A stretch of 64,000 nt of DNA from an uncultured Nitrospiraceae bacterium (GTDB taxonomy: Bacteria; Nitrospirota; Nitrospiria; Nitrospirales; Nitrospiraceae), in assembly GCA_963706325.1 (NCBI GenBank), contig CAVPLT010000001.1, positions 832,001 to 896,000 on the forward strand. The letters run 5' to 3'. Below the pieces are notes generated by a model. It saw only the letters and a program-made list of their open reading frames with translations. It made no database searches and was not told the origin of the DNA. The first letter of the stretch is position 1. Each line of letters begins with the position of its first letter. Below are positions 51,023 through 60,441 of this stretch, piece by piece. The position numbers and the translations under genes are program-made.

Positions 51023-51781
51023 TCAACCACGTAGCTTGAGCAGGTCCCGAGCCTTCCGAATCTTCCCCGCGAAGTAGTTCGCCGCCTGTGCGCACACATC
51101 ATACTGTTCAGCAATCGGATAAAAATGCGAAAGCACGAGCTGGTTGACCCCCGCTTCCTGCGCTACCCGACCACAGAGTCCGGCATGCAAATGCCCGGCT
51201 CCCGGGCGGTTTTCTGGAAAGGAACAGTCCAGGATTGCCAGATTGGCTTCGCTGCAGAGACGAACCAGACTGTCGCAATAGAGCGAATCGCCGGAATAGG
51301 AGACGACGTGGTCCTGATATTCAATCCGGTAGCCTACGCAGTGGAGACGGGGCGCGTGAGTGACAGTCGCGGGCCGAATGCGGGTGTCACCCAAGCGGAA
51401 GCTGCGATCGGAGACTTCGCGAATCGTCACGCGAAACGGCGCTGCGTTGAAACTTGGGAACGTGGTTAGCATGGCTCGCATCAGGCGTGTGGTTCCCCGT
51501 GGTCCGATAAGAGTCAGTGGCGGTCTCGTGCCGCCCTGATATTTGCAAAAAATGACGGCATCGAAAAAAAATGGGATAAAGTCGGCGAAATGGTCGGCAT
51601 GGAAATGGGAAAACAGAATGTGTGTGATGCGGTGGCGATCGACACCGGTCTGAATCAAGTTGGAGAGGGTGCGGGGCCCGAAGTCGAGGAGGAACGTGTG
51701 ATCGGTTTCAACCAGATATCCGGCAGCGGCCCTAGTGGGATGCACATTTGTTCCTGAGCCCAGGACGGTGACTCGAATCAT
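51023..51781 (-). CDS. MBL-fold hydrolase (RNase Z-like)
   Basis: LGSG, SHFHADH, YSGD, SHFYP. Confidence 0.85.
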   Translation of the reverse strand: MIRVTVLGSGTNVHPTRAAAGYLVETDHTFLLDFGPRTLSNLIQTGVDRHRITHILFSHFHADHFADFIPFFFDAVIFCKYQGGTRPPLTLIGPRGTTRLMRAMLTTFPSFNAAPFRVTIREVSDRSFRLGDTRIRPATVTHAPRLHCVGYRIEYQDHVVSYSGDSLYCDSLVRLCSEANLAILDCSFPENRPGAGHLHAGLCGRVAQEAGVNQLVLSHFYPIAEQYDVCAQAANYFAGKIRKARDLLKLRG

Positions 51782-52236
51782 GACACCGGCGCCTCCTGGA
51801 AACTCTGCCGCAAACGAATGAGCAGCCGGCGTAGCTGATCGGCCTCCGCAGGGCTGAACGCGCGTTCGAAGAATGGGCGAATGAAGGCGATATGTGCTGT
51901 GAAAGTCTTTCGAAACAACCGATCGCCTTTGTCGGTCAGACAGATAAGCGTGCTTCGTCGGTCGGCAGCCACTGGGATTCGGCGAATCAACCTCTTGGCC
52001 TCCAGACGATCCAGTACGCCGGTCAAGGTTCCCTTCGTGACCAGCGTGGCAGATGACAGTTCGGCGCAGGTCAGGCCGTCTGTATCGCCCAAGGTCGCAA
52101 TCACGTCGAACTGCGAAGGGGTGAGGCGCAAGGAACGCACATGCCGGCTGTCTGTGCGCCAGAACGCAAGATAGGCCTCAACCAGCGGGCGTAAAACTTT
52201 GAGATGGGAATCGTCTTTGAGATGGGGACTGTCCAC
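51778..52236 (-). CDS. MarR family regulator
   Basis: LTPSQFDV, DRLE, DRRS..LT. Confidence 0.88.
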   Translation of the reverse strand: MDSPHLKDDSHLKVLRPLVEAYLAFWRTDSRHVRSLRLTPSQFDVIATLGDTDGLTCAELSSATLVTKGTLTGVLDRLEAKRLIRRIPVAADRRSTLICLTDKGDRLFRKTFTAHIAFIRPFFERAFSPAEADQLRRLLIRLRQSFQEAPVS

Positions 52237-52245
52237 AGCGCAGGC

Positions 52246-52325
52246 AGCGTAGTCACCGCATCAGGCGCCTGTCAAGAGTTGCTGAGGATGTCGCGTTGAC
52301 GCCGTGAGGACCGGCCCCCTATCAT
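52246..52325. promoter_or_regulatory. Divergent sigma70 promoters
   Basis: Minus: TTGACA(52275)-N18-TACGCT; plus: TTGACG(52296)-N18-TATCAT. Confidence 0.5.
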
Positions 52326-52968
52326 GTCGCCTGCCATGTACCGTCATCCAGAATCCGGCCAAGCCAATCTGACTGCCATTTTGCTCCTGTTGGGCCTCGT
52401 CGTCTCGGGCGTATGGGTATGGAAGCGTCTGACACTAGACGTACAGGACTTCATCATCGATCAAGCCGTTCCTTTGGCCGCCCTATCGCTGATGGCGCTG
52501 ACAGCGATAGGGATCATCATAGGAAAGGTCAGGAAACGGCTTGATAGGCGCAAGGAACGCGCGCGCTTGATTGCGTTGCTGGAGAAGCAGACCTCATCAC
52601 CGAAACGACTTGAATTGGCTTTCACGATGATCGAAGTGAACGAATATCGCCGCGCTGGCCTGGAGGTCATCGCGCCGCAGCTCCAGGAATTATTTGTAAC
52701 GACCTTGCAGCGGGCCTTGGGAGAGAAGCAACATCGGGTGCGGGGAATGGCGGCCAGCCACTTGGGAGTAATCGGCGATGATCAAGCAGTGACTCATCTG
52801 CTGGCGGCGTTGGAGGATGACCATGCTTACGTGCGTTCCAGCGCAGCGCTCGGTCTCGGGCGATTGCGCGCACCCGCCGCGAAGGACAAGTTGGCCTATG
52901 TCAGCAAGGAAGACTGGGACCAAACCGTGCGGAGCCGAGCTCGCGAGGCGTTAGAGCGCATCCGATGA
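52324..52968 (+). CDS. Membrane-anchored HEAT-repeat protein (start possibly 52336)
   Basis: Two TM segments, VRGMAASHLG / VRSSAALGLG repeats. Confidence 0.8.
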   Translation: MSPAMYRHPESGQANLTAILLLLGLVVSGVWVWKRLTLDVQDFIIDQAVPLAALSLMALTAIGIIIGKVRKRLDRRKERARLIALLEKQTSSPKRLELAFTMIEVNEYRRAGLEVIAPQLQELFVTTLQRALGEKQHRVRGMAASHLGVIGDDQAVTHLLAALEDDHAYVRSSAALGLGRLRAPAAKDKLAYVSKEDWDQTVRSRAREALERIR

Positions 52969-53005
52969 CTGTGAGGGACGGAGATGGAGAGCAGCGACAG
53001 ACGGG

Positions 53006-53839
53006 TCAGCCAGTCCACTCGAGCACGACGATTTCAGGCGTGCAATTCACACGAATGGGAATGACCGACCAGCCTAGGCCGCGGTTGACGTACAGGCGGT
53101 GGTTGTCCTTGCTGTAGAGTCCATTGGTCCGGCCGTGACAGCCTGGCGGCAGCCAGAATGTCGGGACGTAGGGAATGCGCCATTGACCGGCATGGCTGTG
53201 CCCGCAGAGGGTGAGATCGACATGGTGGCGAGCCGTCAGCTGATCCAGGATGTTGGGTGCATGGGCCAGCACCAGCGTGAACCGCCCAGGTTGCGGCGAA
53301 GGAATACACCGGAGATCGGCGCGGTGAAGTGAAGGGTCGTCGAGCCCCACGATTGCCAACTCGCCCGTCTTCATGGGAAGAAACGTGACTTGATTGACCA
53401 GGAGTACCACCTTGCGGCGGTCGAAGTGTTCGGCGAATTCATCGATCCGCACCCCACTGTAGTGGTCGTGGTTGCCGAGGGTGACGAACACCGGAGCCAG
53501 ACGTCGCAACTCTGTCAAAAAACGAAGGGTGTGCGGGAGGCCGCTCCGAACGTTCAGCAGATCGCCCGTAATAAAGATCCAATCAGGCGCCAGTTCGGCC
53601 ACTTGGCGAACGATGGCGCGATGTCGTGGTCGATAGCGATCCAAATGCAGGTCGCTCAGATGCACGGCGCGACGTCCGGCCAGCGGGGCATGGACGAGAG
53701 GAACGCGCGTAATGCTTGGGGTGGATAGCCCGAGTTCAATGCCGGGCATGAGATTGAACAGATGGTGGAAGGGGCGACTCAACCAGTGGCCGACCCAAAC
53801 CCGCGCCAGTTCCTGCCACCGAATCAGCGTGGCGATCAT
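53006..53839 (-). CDS. Calcineurin-like metallophosphoesterase
   Basis: SDLH, TGD, GNHD, GHSH. Confidence 0.9.
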   Translation of the reverse strand: MIATLIRWQELARVWVGHWLSRPFHHLFNLMPGIELGLSTPSITRVPLVHAPLAGRRAVHLSDLHLDRYRPRHRAIVRQVAELAPDWIFITGDLLNVRSGLPHTLRFLTELRRLAPVFVTLGNHDHYSGVRIDEFAEHFDRRKVVLLVNQVTFLPMKTGELAIVGLDDPSLHRADLRCIPSPQPGRFTLVLAHAPNILDQLTARHHVDLTLCGHSHAGQWRIPYVPTFWLPPGCHGRTNGLYSKDNHRLYVNRGLGWSVIPIRVNCTPEIVVLEWTG

Positions 53840-54501
53840 TCCATGACCCGATTCAAGCGGGCTCTGTCGGCGGTGGTTGCGCGATACCCTTGATCGTACA
53901 GCTTGCCCATGCCGGTCATCAGCGATTCCATGCCTTTGGCATTATGCAGCGTATCGAATTTCGAAATGAGCGCGAGGAGATGGGCAGTGGATCCCAACGA
54001 GGGTTCAGACGACAGATCGAGGGCGATGAGGATGTCTCGAAGTTCACGGTTGTTATATACGGCATTGTCATCGCCATCACCCACCAGGGCGAACTCATAA
54101 AAGGTCAGGCTGAGAGACAACAGCGATTGGGTGCGCTGAAAATCAGTTCGGACGGCATCAATTCCTTCGGGATACCGTGAGCGGCAGTCCGATGCCTGTT
54201 GCTCCGATGATTCTGCCACACCCCAGGGTGATTCGGCCTGCCCAGTCCAGGCGATGCGCTGCACTGCAGGAGGAGCCGGCTTTTGCCGTTGTTGTTTGTA
54301 AAACCAGTTCATGCACTGGCTCGCGATGGCAAAGGCCCGTTTGTCCGTCTCGGCCTGTCGCTGGATATGTTGGGTGAAGCGACTGAAGATATCGATGGCG
54401 GTCAGTTGGGGGGCAGCCATCGGTGAAGGGGCCAAGGTAGCGGTGACCGAACAAAATACTACCCCGGCAGCAAGATACCTATGGATGGATTTCATTCGCA
54501 T
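53836..54501 (-). CDS. Exported hypothetical protein with EF-hand-like loop
   Basis: Signal peptide; DGDDNAVYNNRE. Confidence 0.65.
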   Translation of the reverse strand: MRMKSIHRYLAAGVVFCSVTATLAPSPMAAPQLTAIDIFSRFTQHIQRQAETDKRAFAIASQCMNWFYKQQRQKPAPPAVQRIAWTGQAESPWGVAESSEQQASDCRSRYPEGIDAVRTDFQRTQSLLSLSLTFYEFALVGDGDDNAVYNNRELRDILIALDLSSEPSLGSTAHLLALISKFDTLHNAKGMESLMTGMGKLYDQGYRATTADRARLNRVME

Positions 54502-54603
54502 CGGTTTAGTTCTGGACTCCGCTGAGGTACCGTAGAGCCTCTATCGAGTATAACACGACTGGTGTCCCACTGTCGGCAATGTCACCCTCACCCATGATAA
54601 GGA

Positions 54604-55662
54604 ATGCGCATGCCAACCCCGCCCTGGCTCGATGACACCTCCCCCTACCTGACTGCGGCAGTTCCCGCGATCGGCGGCCGGATTCGCAGTTCACCGGAAG
54701 ATTTTCGTGTTGAGGAACGACCGCTCTACTTGCCCTGTGGCGAAGGCGAACACCTGTATATTCGGGTGACCAAGCGCGGTCTGTCCACTCCCGATCTGCT
54801 TCTCCGACTCTCTTCGCAGCTCCATGTCAGAGCGCAATCTATCGGCGTGGCCGGGCTGAAGGACGCCCAAGCCGTCACGACGCAGATGATTTCCTTGCAG
54901 GGGGTGAAGGCAGAGGCGGTAGCGGCCTTGTCTACCGACGAGCGTTTGCTGGCTCTGGACATATTGGGACGTCATCGCAACCGCCTCCGGAAGGGACACC
55001 ATGCCGGCAATCATTTCCGGCTGGTGATACGGGATGTCAGAGAGGGTGCGGAGGCGCACGTGAGACAGGTGTTCGATGAGTTACTGCGCCGGGGCGTGCC
55101 GAACTATTTCGGGCCTCAGCGACAAGGGAGGTCGGGAACGAATTTTCAATTGGGCGCCGAGTTGTTGCAGGATGCCGCGCGCCGCAACAAGATGAGCCGT
55201 GCCAAGCGTATCTGGTTCATGAACGCCTATCAATCTCACGTGTTCAATCAGATCGTGGCCAAACGGATCGCGAGCCTGGATCGCGTGTTGCTGGGTGACT
55301 GGGCCATGAAGATGGACAATGGGGCCTGTTTTCCCGTGGAACAACCCGAGGTGGAACAGCCGCGCGCGGACCGGTTTGAGATCAGCCCCACTGGGCCCCT
55401 CTTTGGTTCACGTGCACCGTGGGCCACGGGGTTCGCGGGGGAGATTGAACGGGCGGTGGTGGCTGACCTCGGAAGCACCCCGGAGTTATTGTCCCAGGCG
55501 GGGACCGAATGCGGATTCAGGGGTGAACGACGGGCGCTTAGAATCCGTCTCAATGAGCTCACCTGGTCGCTTGAAGGCTCTGTGTTGACTCTGGCCTTTT
55601 GGCTGCCCCCTGGGTCCTACGCTACCAGTGTGCTCCGGGAAGTGGTGAAGGCAAATTCCTAG
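54604..55662 (+). CDS. truD: tRNA pseudouridine(13) synthase
   Basis: PEDFRVEE, GLKDAQAVTTQ, PNYFGPQR, GSYATSVLRE. Confidence 0.95.
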   Translation: MRMPTPPWLDDTSPYLTAAVPAIGGRIRSSPEDFRVEERPLYLPCGEGEHLYIRVTKRGLSTPDLLLRLSSQLHVRAQSIGVAGLKDAQAVTTQMISLQGVKAEAVAALSTDERLLALDILGRHRNRLRKGHHAGNHFRLVIRDVREGAEAHVRQVFDELLRRGVPNYFGPQRQGRSGTNFQLGAELLQDAARRNKMSRAKRIWFMNAYQSHVFNQIVAKRIASLDRVLLGDWAMKMDNGACFPVEQPEVEQPRADRFEISPTGPLFGSRAPWATGFAGEIERAVVADLGSTPELLSQAGTECGFRGERRALRIRLNELTWSLEGSVLTLAFWLPPGSYATSVLREVVKANS

Positions 55663-55787
55663 CAGGATGCTGAAAAAGTCAGCCATCTGCGGGCTCGCCT
55701 CGTTCAGACCCTCAACGTAAAGCCAGAGTATACTCTTCAGGTCTTCACTCGCTGCGACCTAGCTGAACGGCCTTAGTAATCATCTGC
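55662..55787 (+). mobile_element. MITE-like repeat, short copy
   Basis: GCAGGATGCTGAAAAAGTC...TCAACGTA...CTCGCTGCG...CATCTGC. Confidence 0.7.
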
Positions 55788-55965
55788 GTGGCCACTCATG
55801 TGAAATTTTGAATCTTCTGACGATTACTTGAACCGCAAAACGCCTTTTCTCCACCAGGTGGGCTCTACGGATCATTTTTTCTTCCAAATGGTAGAATCTA
55901 CATAGTGCAACTCATCGCTTCCGGGCGCGTTTCTTTCCGAGGGGAAATTCACTTGAGGTTTATTT

Positions 55966-57210
55966 ATGACAGGATCGCAGGAAACGGTCTTTCTGCAGGG
56001 CCACATCATTGATTCGTTGATCCTGGCCAAAGTTCTGGACACCATCTTGATGATGGGCGGTAGTTTTGACCTGCAGGATGTGAACATCGGCGCGACCAGA
56101 GAGGCCGCCTCCAAGGCGCGGATCGTCGTGCAGGCGCCTTCCAGCCGTGTGCTGGGAGAGATTCTACGGGCCATCCAGCCCCATGGCGCTACCATCGAGC
56201 GCGAAGCCGATTGCCGATTTGAGCCCGCCCCGTCGCGGGGGGTGTTTCCTGAAGAGTTCTATGCCACGACGCATCTCCCGACTCAAATTCGTCTCGATGG
56301 CGAGTGGGTGAACGTGGAGAACATGGAAATGGACCTTGGCATCTGTGTGGATCCGGCCAAGGCCCGCGCTCGAACCGTTCCGATGGGTGCCGTGACCGCG
56401 GGAGATCTGATCGTGATTGGTCGAGACGGTATCAGGGTGACGCCACTTGTTCGTCCGGCCGAGCGCGATGTGTTTGGGTTCATGGAATCCGTGGTGTCCT
56501 CGGAGCGTCCGCATCAGCCGGTGATTGCCGATATCGCGAAGCGGATGCAGAAGTTACGCGAGTGGCATCGGGAGGGCCGCGCCGGGGCAAAGGTGCTGTT
56601 GGCAGGAGGTCCGGCAATCGTGCATGCGGGCGGCCGAGACGCATTGGCCTGGTTGATCGAAGCTGGCTACATTCAACTATTGTTTTGCGGTAATGCCCTC
56701 GCCGCGCATGACATGGAGGCGGGGCTGTATGGCACCTCGCTCGGTTACGGCTTGGCCGCCGGGCGCTCAGTGCCGCATGGGCATGAACATCATCTCAGGA
56801 CCATCAACCGGATTCGTGCCATCGGGAGCATTCAAGCGGCCGTGCGGTCGGGGTTCATAACCGATGGAATCATGGCGGCGTGCGTGCGGCGCGGGGTGAC
56901 AATGGTCATGGCGGGTACCATTCGCGACGACGGTCCGCTGCCCGGTGTGGTGACGGACTCGATGCAGGCCCAGCAGGCGATGCGGGCGGAAATCTACGGA
57001 GTCGGCCTCGCGCTGCTGGTGGCGTCCACGCTCCATGCGATTGCCACGGGTAATTTGCTACCGGCCGCCATCCCCACCGTCTGCGTTGATGTGAATCCGG
57101 CCGTTCCGACGAAACTGGCCGATCGTGGCAGCTTTCAAGCGGTTGGTCTCGTGATGGATGCCGCCTCGTTTCTCACGGAGCTCGCGCGTGAACTTGGGTG
57201 GCGCCCATGA
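55966..57210 (+). CDS. LOR/SDH-domain protein (TIGR00300-like), ornithine cyclodeaminase
   Basis: GHIIDS, FYATT, FGFM..VSSE, GPAIVH, GNALAAHD, IRDDGPLP, KLADRGS. Confidence 0.85.
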   Translation: MTGSQETVFLQGHIIDSLILAKVLDTILMMGGSFDLQDVNIGATREAASKARIVVQAPSSRVLGEILRAIQPHGATIEREADCRFEPAPSRGVFPEEFYATTHLPTQIRLDGEWVNVENMEMDLGICVDPAKARARTVPMGAVTAGDLIVIGRDGIRVTPLVRPAERDVFGFMESVVSSERPHQPVIADIAKRMQKLREWHREGRAGAKVLLAGGPAIVHAGGRDALAWLIEAGYIQLLFCGNALAAHDMEAGLYGTSLGYGLAAGRSVPHGHEHHLRTINRIRAIGSIQAAVRSGFITDGIMAACVRRGVTMVMAGTIRDDGPLPGVVTDSMQAQQAMRAEIYGVGLALLVASTLHAIATGNLLPAAIPTVCVDVNPAVPTKLADRGSFQAVGLVMDAASFLTELARELGWRP

Positions 57211-58007
57211 GTCGGCTCTTGGTCTGTCCGCCAGACTATTTTCGGATCAATTACGAAATCAATCCATGGATGCGACGCGCGAACGCGGTCGACTCGGCAC
57301 GCGCAATGAGTCAGTGGCACGCGCTGATGGACGTCTTATCTCAGGATGTCGGGGCTGGTATTGAGCAGATGCCGGCTGTCGAAGGTCTCCCTGATATGGT
57401 CTTTACGGCCAATGCGGGCGTGGTGGTCGGGCGTCGCGCCCTGGTAAGCCGGTTTCGTTACCCAGAGCGCCAACGAGAGGAAGTCCACTTCGAACGGTGG
57501 TTTCGCGAACAGAAGTACGAAGTGTTGACGATGGACAAGACCCTCTATTTTGAAGGGGCCGGTGACCTGTTGGGGTTTCAGGATGCGTGGTTCGGGGGAT
57601 ACCGGCAGCGGTCCGACATTCGAGCTTTTCCCAAGGTGGGTGACATGTTCCAGCGGGAAATTATTCCGCTCGAATTAATCGATCCCCGGTTCTATCATCT
57701 CGACACCTGCTTCTGTCCTTTGAGCGGTGGGGAGTTGCTCTACTTTCCGCCGGCGTTCGATGCGTACGGACAAGCGGCCATTGCTCAACGGATTCCAGAC
57801 ACTCGTCGGTTGACCGTGCCCGAGGACGAAGCTCTGCGGTTCGCCTGCAATGCGGTATGCATCGGCAAACACATCGTCATCCCAGCCGGTTGCCCTCGCA
57901 CGACGCAACTGCTGGAGGCGCGCGGTTACCGCACGTACGCCGTTCAGCTGGACGAATTTATGAAGTCCGGCGGCGCAGCCAAGTGTCTCACCCTGGCTCT
58001 TGATTGA
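57207..58007 (+). CDS. Amidinotransferase-family enzyme, arginine dihydrolase (ArgZ N-domain-like)
   Basis: INPWM, PDMVFTANAG, FEGAGD, FYHLDTCF, GGAAKCLTL. Confidence 0.85.
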   Translation: MSRLLVCPPDYFRINYEINPWMRRANAVDSARAMSQWHALMDVLSQDVGAGIEQMPAVEGLPDMVFTANAGVVVGRRALVSRFRYPERQREEVHFERWFREQKYEVLTMDKTLYFEGAGDLLGFQDAWFGGYRQRSDIRAFPKVGDMFQREIIPLELIDPRFYHLDTCFCPLSGGELLYFPPAFDAYGQAAIAQRIPDTRRLTVPEDEALRFACNAVCIGKHIVIPAGCPRTTQLLEARGYRTYAVQLDEFMKSGGAAKCLTLALD

Positions 58008-58026
58008 TCCTGTCAGTGTCTTCTCC

Positions 58027-58383
58027 CTACCGTGAGCGAAAAAGAAACGACAGATAGAGACCCGCGATGGCGGTAGTCGTGAGCTCAATCGTGAGCAGCA
58101 AGCGACTGACGATGGCGTCTGGCTGCGGGGGCGAGAGAATGAAATGGAAGCCCAGGAATGCCGCCGGCTGTGAGGGAGGAGACTCCCACGGTGGCATCAG
58201 GAGAGAGACCACCAGCACCGTCACCATGCCGTAGAGAATGTTCAAGTTCAGTTGCTCGGTCGCCGACCTAATTTTTGTCGGCGCGGCGGCCGCTGGGATG
58301 TGTGATTCGAGCGCGGCGCCGCAATCGGTGCAGTACCGGTTGATCTCAGGAAGGGCACGTCCGCAGGAAGGGCAGGGTTTCAT
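58027..58383 (-). CDS. Zn-ribbon membrane protein
   Basis: CPSC..CTDC plus TM segments. Confidence 0.7.
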   Translation of the reverse strand: MKPCPSCGRALPEINRYCTDCGAALESHIPAAAAPTKIRSATEQLNLNILYGMVTVLVVSLLMPPWESPPSQPAAFLGFHFILSPPQPDAIVSRLLLTIELTTTAIAGLYLSFLFRSR

Positions 58384-58495
58384 ACGAGAGATTCCCGATG
58401 GAGCCTGCAGCCTAGCGCGAGTGCGAAAAGAATTCCAGCGTCAAGATCGAGATGCGTGATGAGTCGACGAAGCTGACAGTCCGCGGATCGATTCG

Positions 58496-58525
58496 TTGAC
58501 AGGTTTCAAAGCCCCTTCCTATAAT
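58496..58525 (+). promoter_or_regulatory. Consensus sigma70 promoter of gpsA-larB, probably leaderless
   Basis: TTGACA-N18-TATAAT, 8 nt before ATG58534. Confidence 0.7.
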
Positions 58526-58533
58526 CCGCGTCC

Positions 58534-59559
58534 ATGACGAGTTCATCCATTCAACGTGTGGCAGTCATCGGCGCCGGCGCCTGGGGAACGGCGTTGGCTC
58601 GGCACTTGGCCGAGAAGCAACTCTCAGTCAGACTGTGGGCCCACGAGCCTGAGGTCGCCCGGGCGATCCAAAGCCGGCGCGAAAACCAGCTGTTTTTACC
58701 CGGAATCTCGCTTCCACCGACCTTGTCTGCGACTAACAGCCTGGCGGAAGCCGTGGCGGGAGCCGATTGCCTGATCTTTGCCGTGCCTTCGCATGTTGCA
58801 AGGCCTGTTCTGGGACAGATCGCCCTGGTCCTTCCGAATCCGATCCCGTTGGTTAGTGCCACAAAAGGAATTGAAGAAGATACCCTTCAACTCGTGACGC
58901 AGGTCATGGAGGATATGCTCCCGGCCCATATGCAGGGGTCCTTACTGGTGTTGTCGGGACCGAGCTTTGCGACTGAGGTGAGTCGGGGGCGGCCGACGGC
59001 GCTTTGTCTCGCCGGGCAGAATGCGCAGCTCGTCAAGACGGTTCAGAGTCTCCTCATGACCCCCAAGTTCCGCGTGTATGCGGATGATGACCTGATCGGC
59101 GTGCAACTCGGCGGCGCGTTGAAAAACGTGATGGCGCTGGCAGCCGGCGTGGTTGACGGACTGGAACTCGGACATAATGCCCGTGCCGCACTCATAACCA
59201 GGGGATTGACCGAGATGGTTCGCCTCGGTGTAGCGATGGGCGCGGATGCGCGCACGTTTTACGGGCTGTCCGGGGTCGGCGATCTCATCCTCACCTGCAC
59301 CGGCCTGTTGAGTCGCAATCACTCGGTGGGGGTGCGATTAGGAAAGGGTGAGCGCCTCCAGACCATTCTTGCCGGCATGCAGGCGGTAGCGGAAGGCGTC
59401 CGGACGGCGAAAGCGGCTCTGGGACTTGCCCTGCGGTGCGGCGTAGACATGCCGATCGTGCGTGAAGTGCATGCAGTGCTCTTTGCCGACAAATCGTGCC
59501 GCCAGGCGGTCGGCGATCTCATGGAGCGAGTAGCCAAAGAGGAGAAAAGCCTGTCGTGA
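58534..59559 (+). CDS. gpsA: NAD(P)H-dependent glycerol-3-phosphate dehydrogenase
   Basis: GAGAWGTA, TKGIE, SGPSFA, GALKN, GDLILTC..SRN. Confidence 0.96.
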   Translation: MTSSSIQRVAVIGAGAWGTALARHLAEKQLSVRLWAHEPEVARAIQSRRENQLFLPGISLPPTLSATNSLAEAVAGADCLIFAVPSHVARPVLGQIALVLPNPIPLVSATKGIEEDTLQLVTQVMEDMLPAHMQGSLLVLSGPSFATEVSRGRPTALCLAGQNAQLVKTVQSLLMTPKFRVYADDDLIGVQLGGALKNVMALAAGVVDGLELGHNARAALITRGLTEMVRLGVAMGADARTFYGLSGVGDLILTCTGLLSRNHSVGVRLGKGERLQTILAGMQAVAEGVRTAKAALGLALRCGVDMPIVREVHAVLFADKSCRQAVGDLMERVAKEEKSLS

Positions 59560-60338
59560 ATCAAGATCAATTGCAGGCGTTACTCACCCAAGTTCAGCGT
59601 GGCGTCCTCGACGTGCCGGATGCGCTGCATCAGCTGCGGACCATGCCGTACGAAAGTTTGGGGTTCGCCTCGCTCGATCACCACCGAGCGCTTCGCCAGG
59701 GATTTCCGGAAGTGATTTTTTGCGAAGGGAAAACGGAACGTCAGGTCGTGGCCATTGCCAAGACGTTGCTCCTGAACACGAACTCGTTATTGGCCACGCG
59801 GGTGGAGCCGTCGGTCGCCCGGGCGCTGCTGCGTATCAGCAAGCGCGCGGTCTATCACGAGGCGGCGCGGGTGGTGGCGATCGCGCCCCCCAAGTTGGTG
59901 CGGCGCGGGTCGGTGTTGATCGTGACGGCCGGGACGGCCGATATCCCGGTGGCGGAAGAGGCGCGCGTGACCGCCGATGCTATGGGGAGCCGAACGGACA
60001 CCTTGTATGACGTGGGGGTGGCCGGCCTCCATCGTTTGCTCGGTCAACAGGATCGTTTGCATGAGGCTCGAGCCTTGGTGGTGGTGGCGGGGATGGATGG
60101 CGTGCTGCCGAGCGTCGTAGGCGGGCTCGTGCGACAGCCGGTGATTGCCGTGCCGACGAGTCGCGGCTATGGGGCGCACTTCGGCGGTTTAGCGGCATTA
60201 TTGACCATGTTGAATTCCTGCGCAGCGGGAGTCGGGGTGATGAATATCGACAACGGCTTCGGGGCCGGTTGCATGGCCCATCGGATCAATATGGTGGGGG
60301 AAGTAGAAGGTGCGGCTCCAACAGGCAAGAAAGATTGA
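59556..60338 (+). CDS. larB: Nickel-pincer cofactor biosynthesis protein LarB
   Basis: GFPEVIFCEGK, AGTAD, DVGVAG, PTSRGYG, NIDNGFG. Confidence 0.9.
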   Translation: MNQDQLQALLTQVQRGVLDVPDALHQLRTMPYESLGFASLDHHRALRQGFPEVIFCEGKTERQVVAIAKTLLLNTNSLLATRVEPSVARALLRISKRAVYHEAARVVAIAPPKLVRRGSVLIVTAGTADIPVAEEARVTADAMGSRTDTLYDVGVAGLHRLLGQQDRLHEARALVVVAGMDGVLPSVVGGLVRQPVIAVPTSRGYGAHFGGLAALLTMLNSCAAGVGVMNIDNGFGAGCMAHRINMVGEVEGAAPTGKKD

Positions 60339-60441
60339 GGCTGCGACGTTTCCTCGGCCGACTAGCGGGCCGTTTGAAAAGGCATTTCGCTGTCCCCGAA
60401 AAAGTGTGATGCGTGAACCTGGGGAGCTATACAGAACGCCC

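Noticed and set aside
55790..55965. Possible guanidine or other riboswitch before the LOR/SDH-dihydrolase pair
   Set aside because: No recognisable ykkC, mini-ykkC or ykkC-III consensus.
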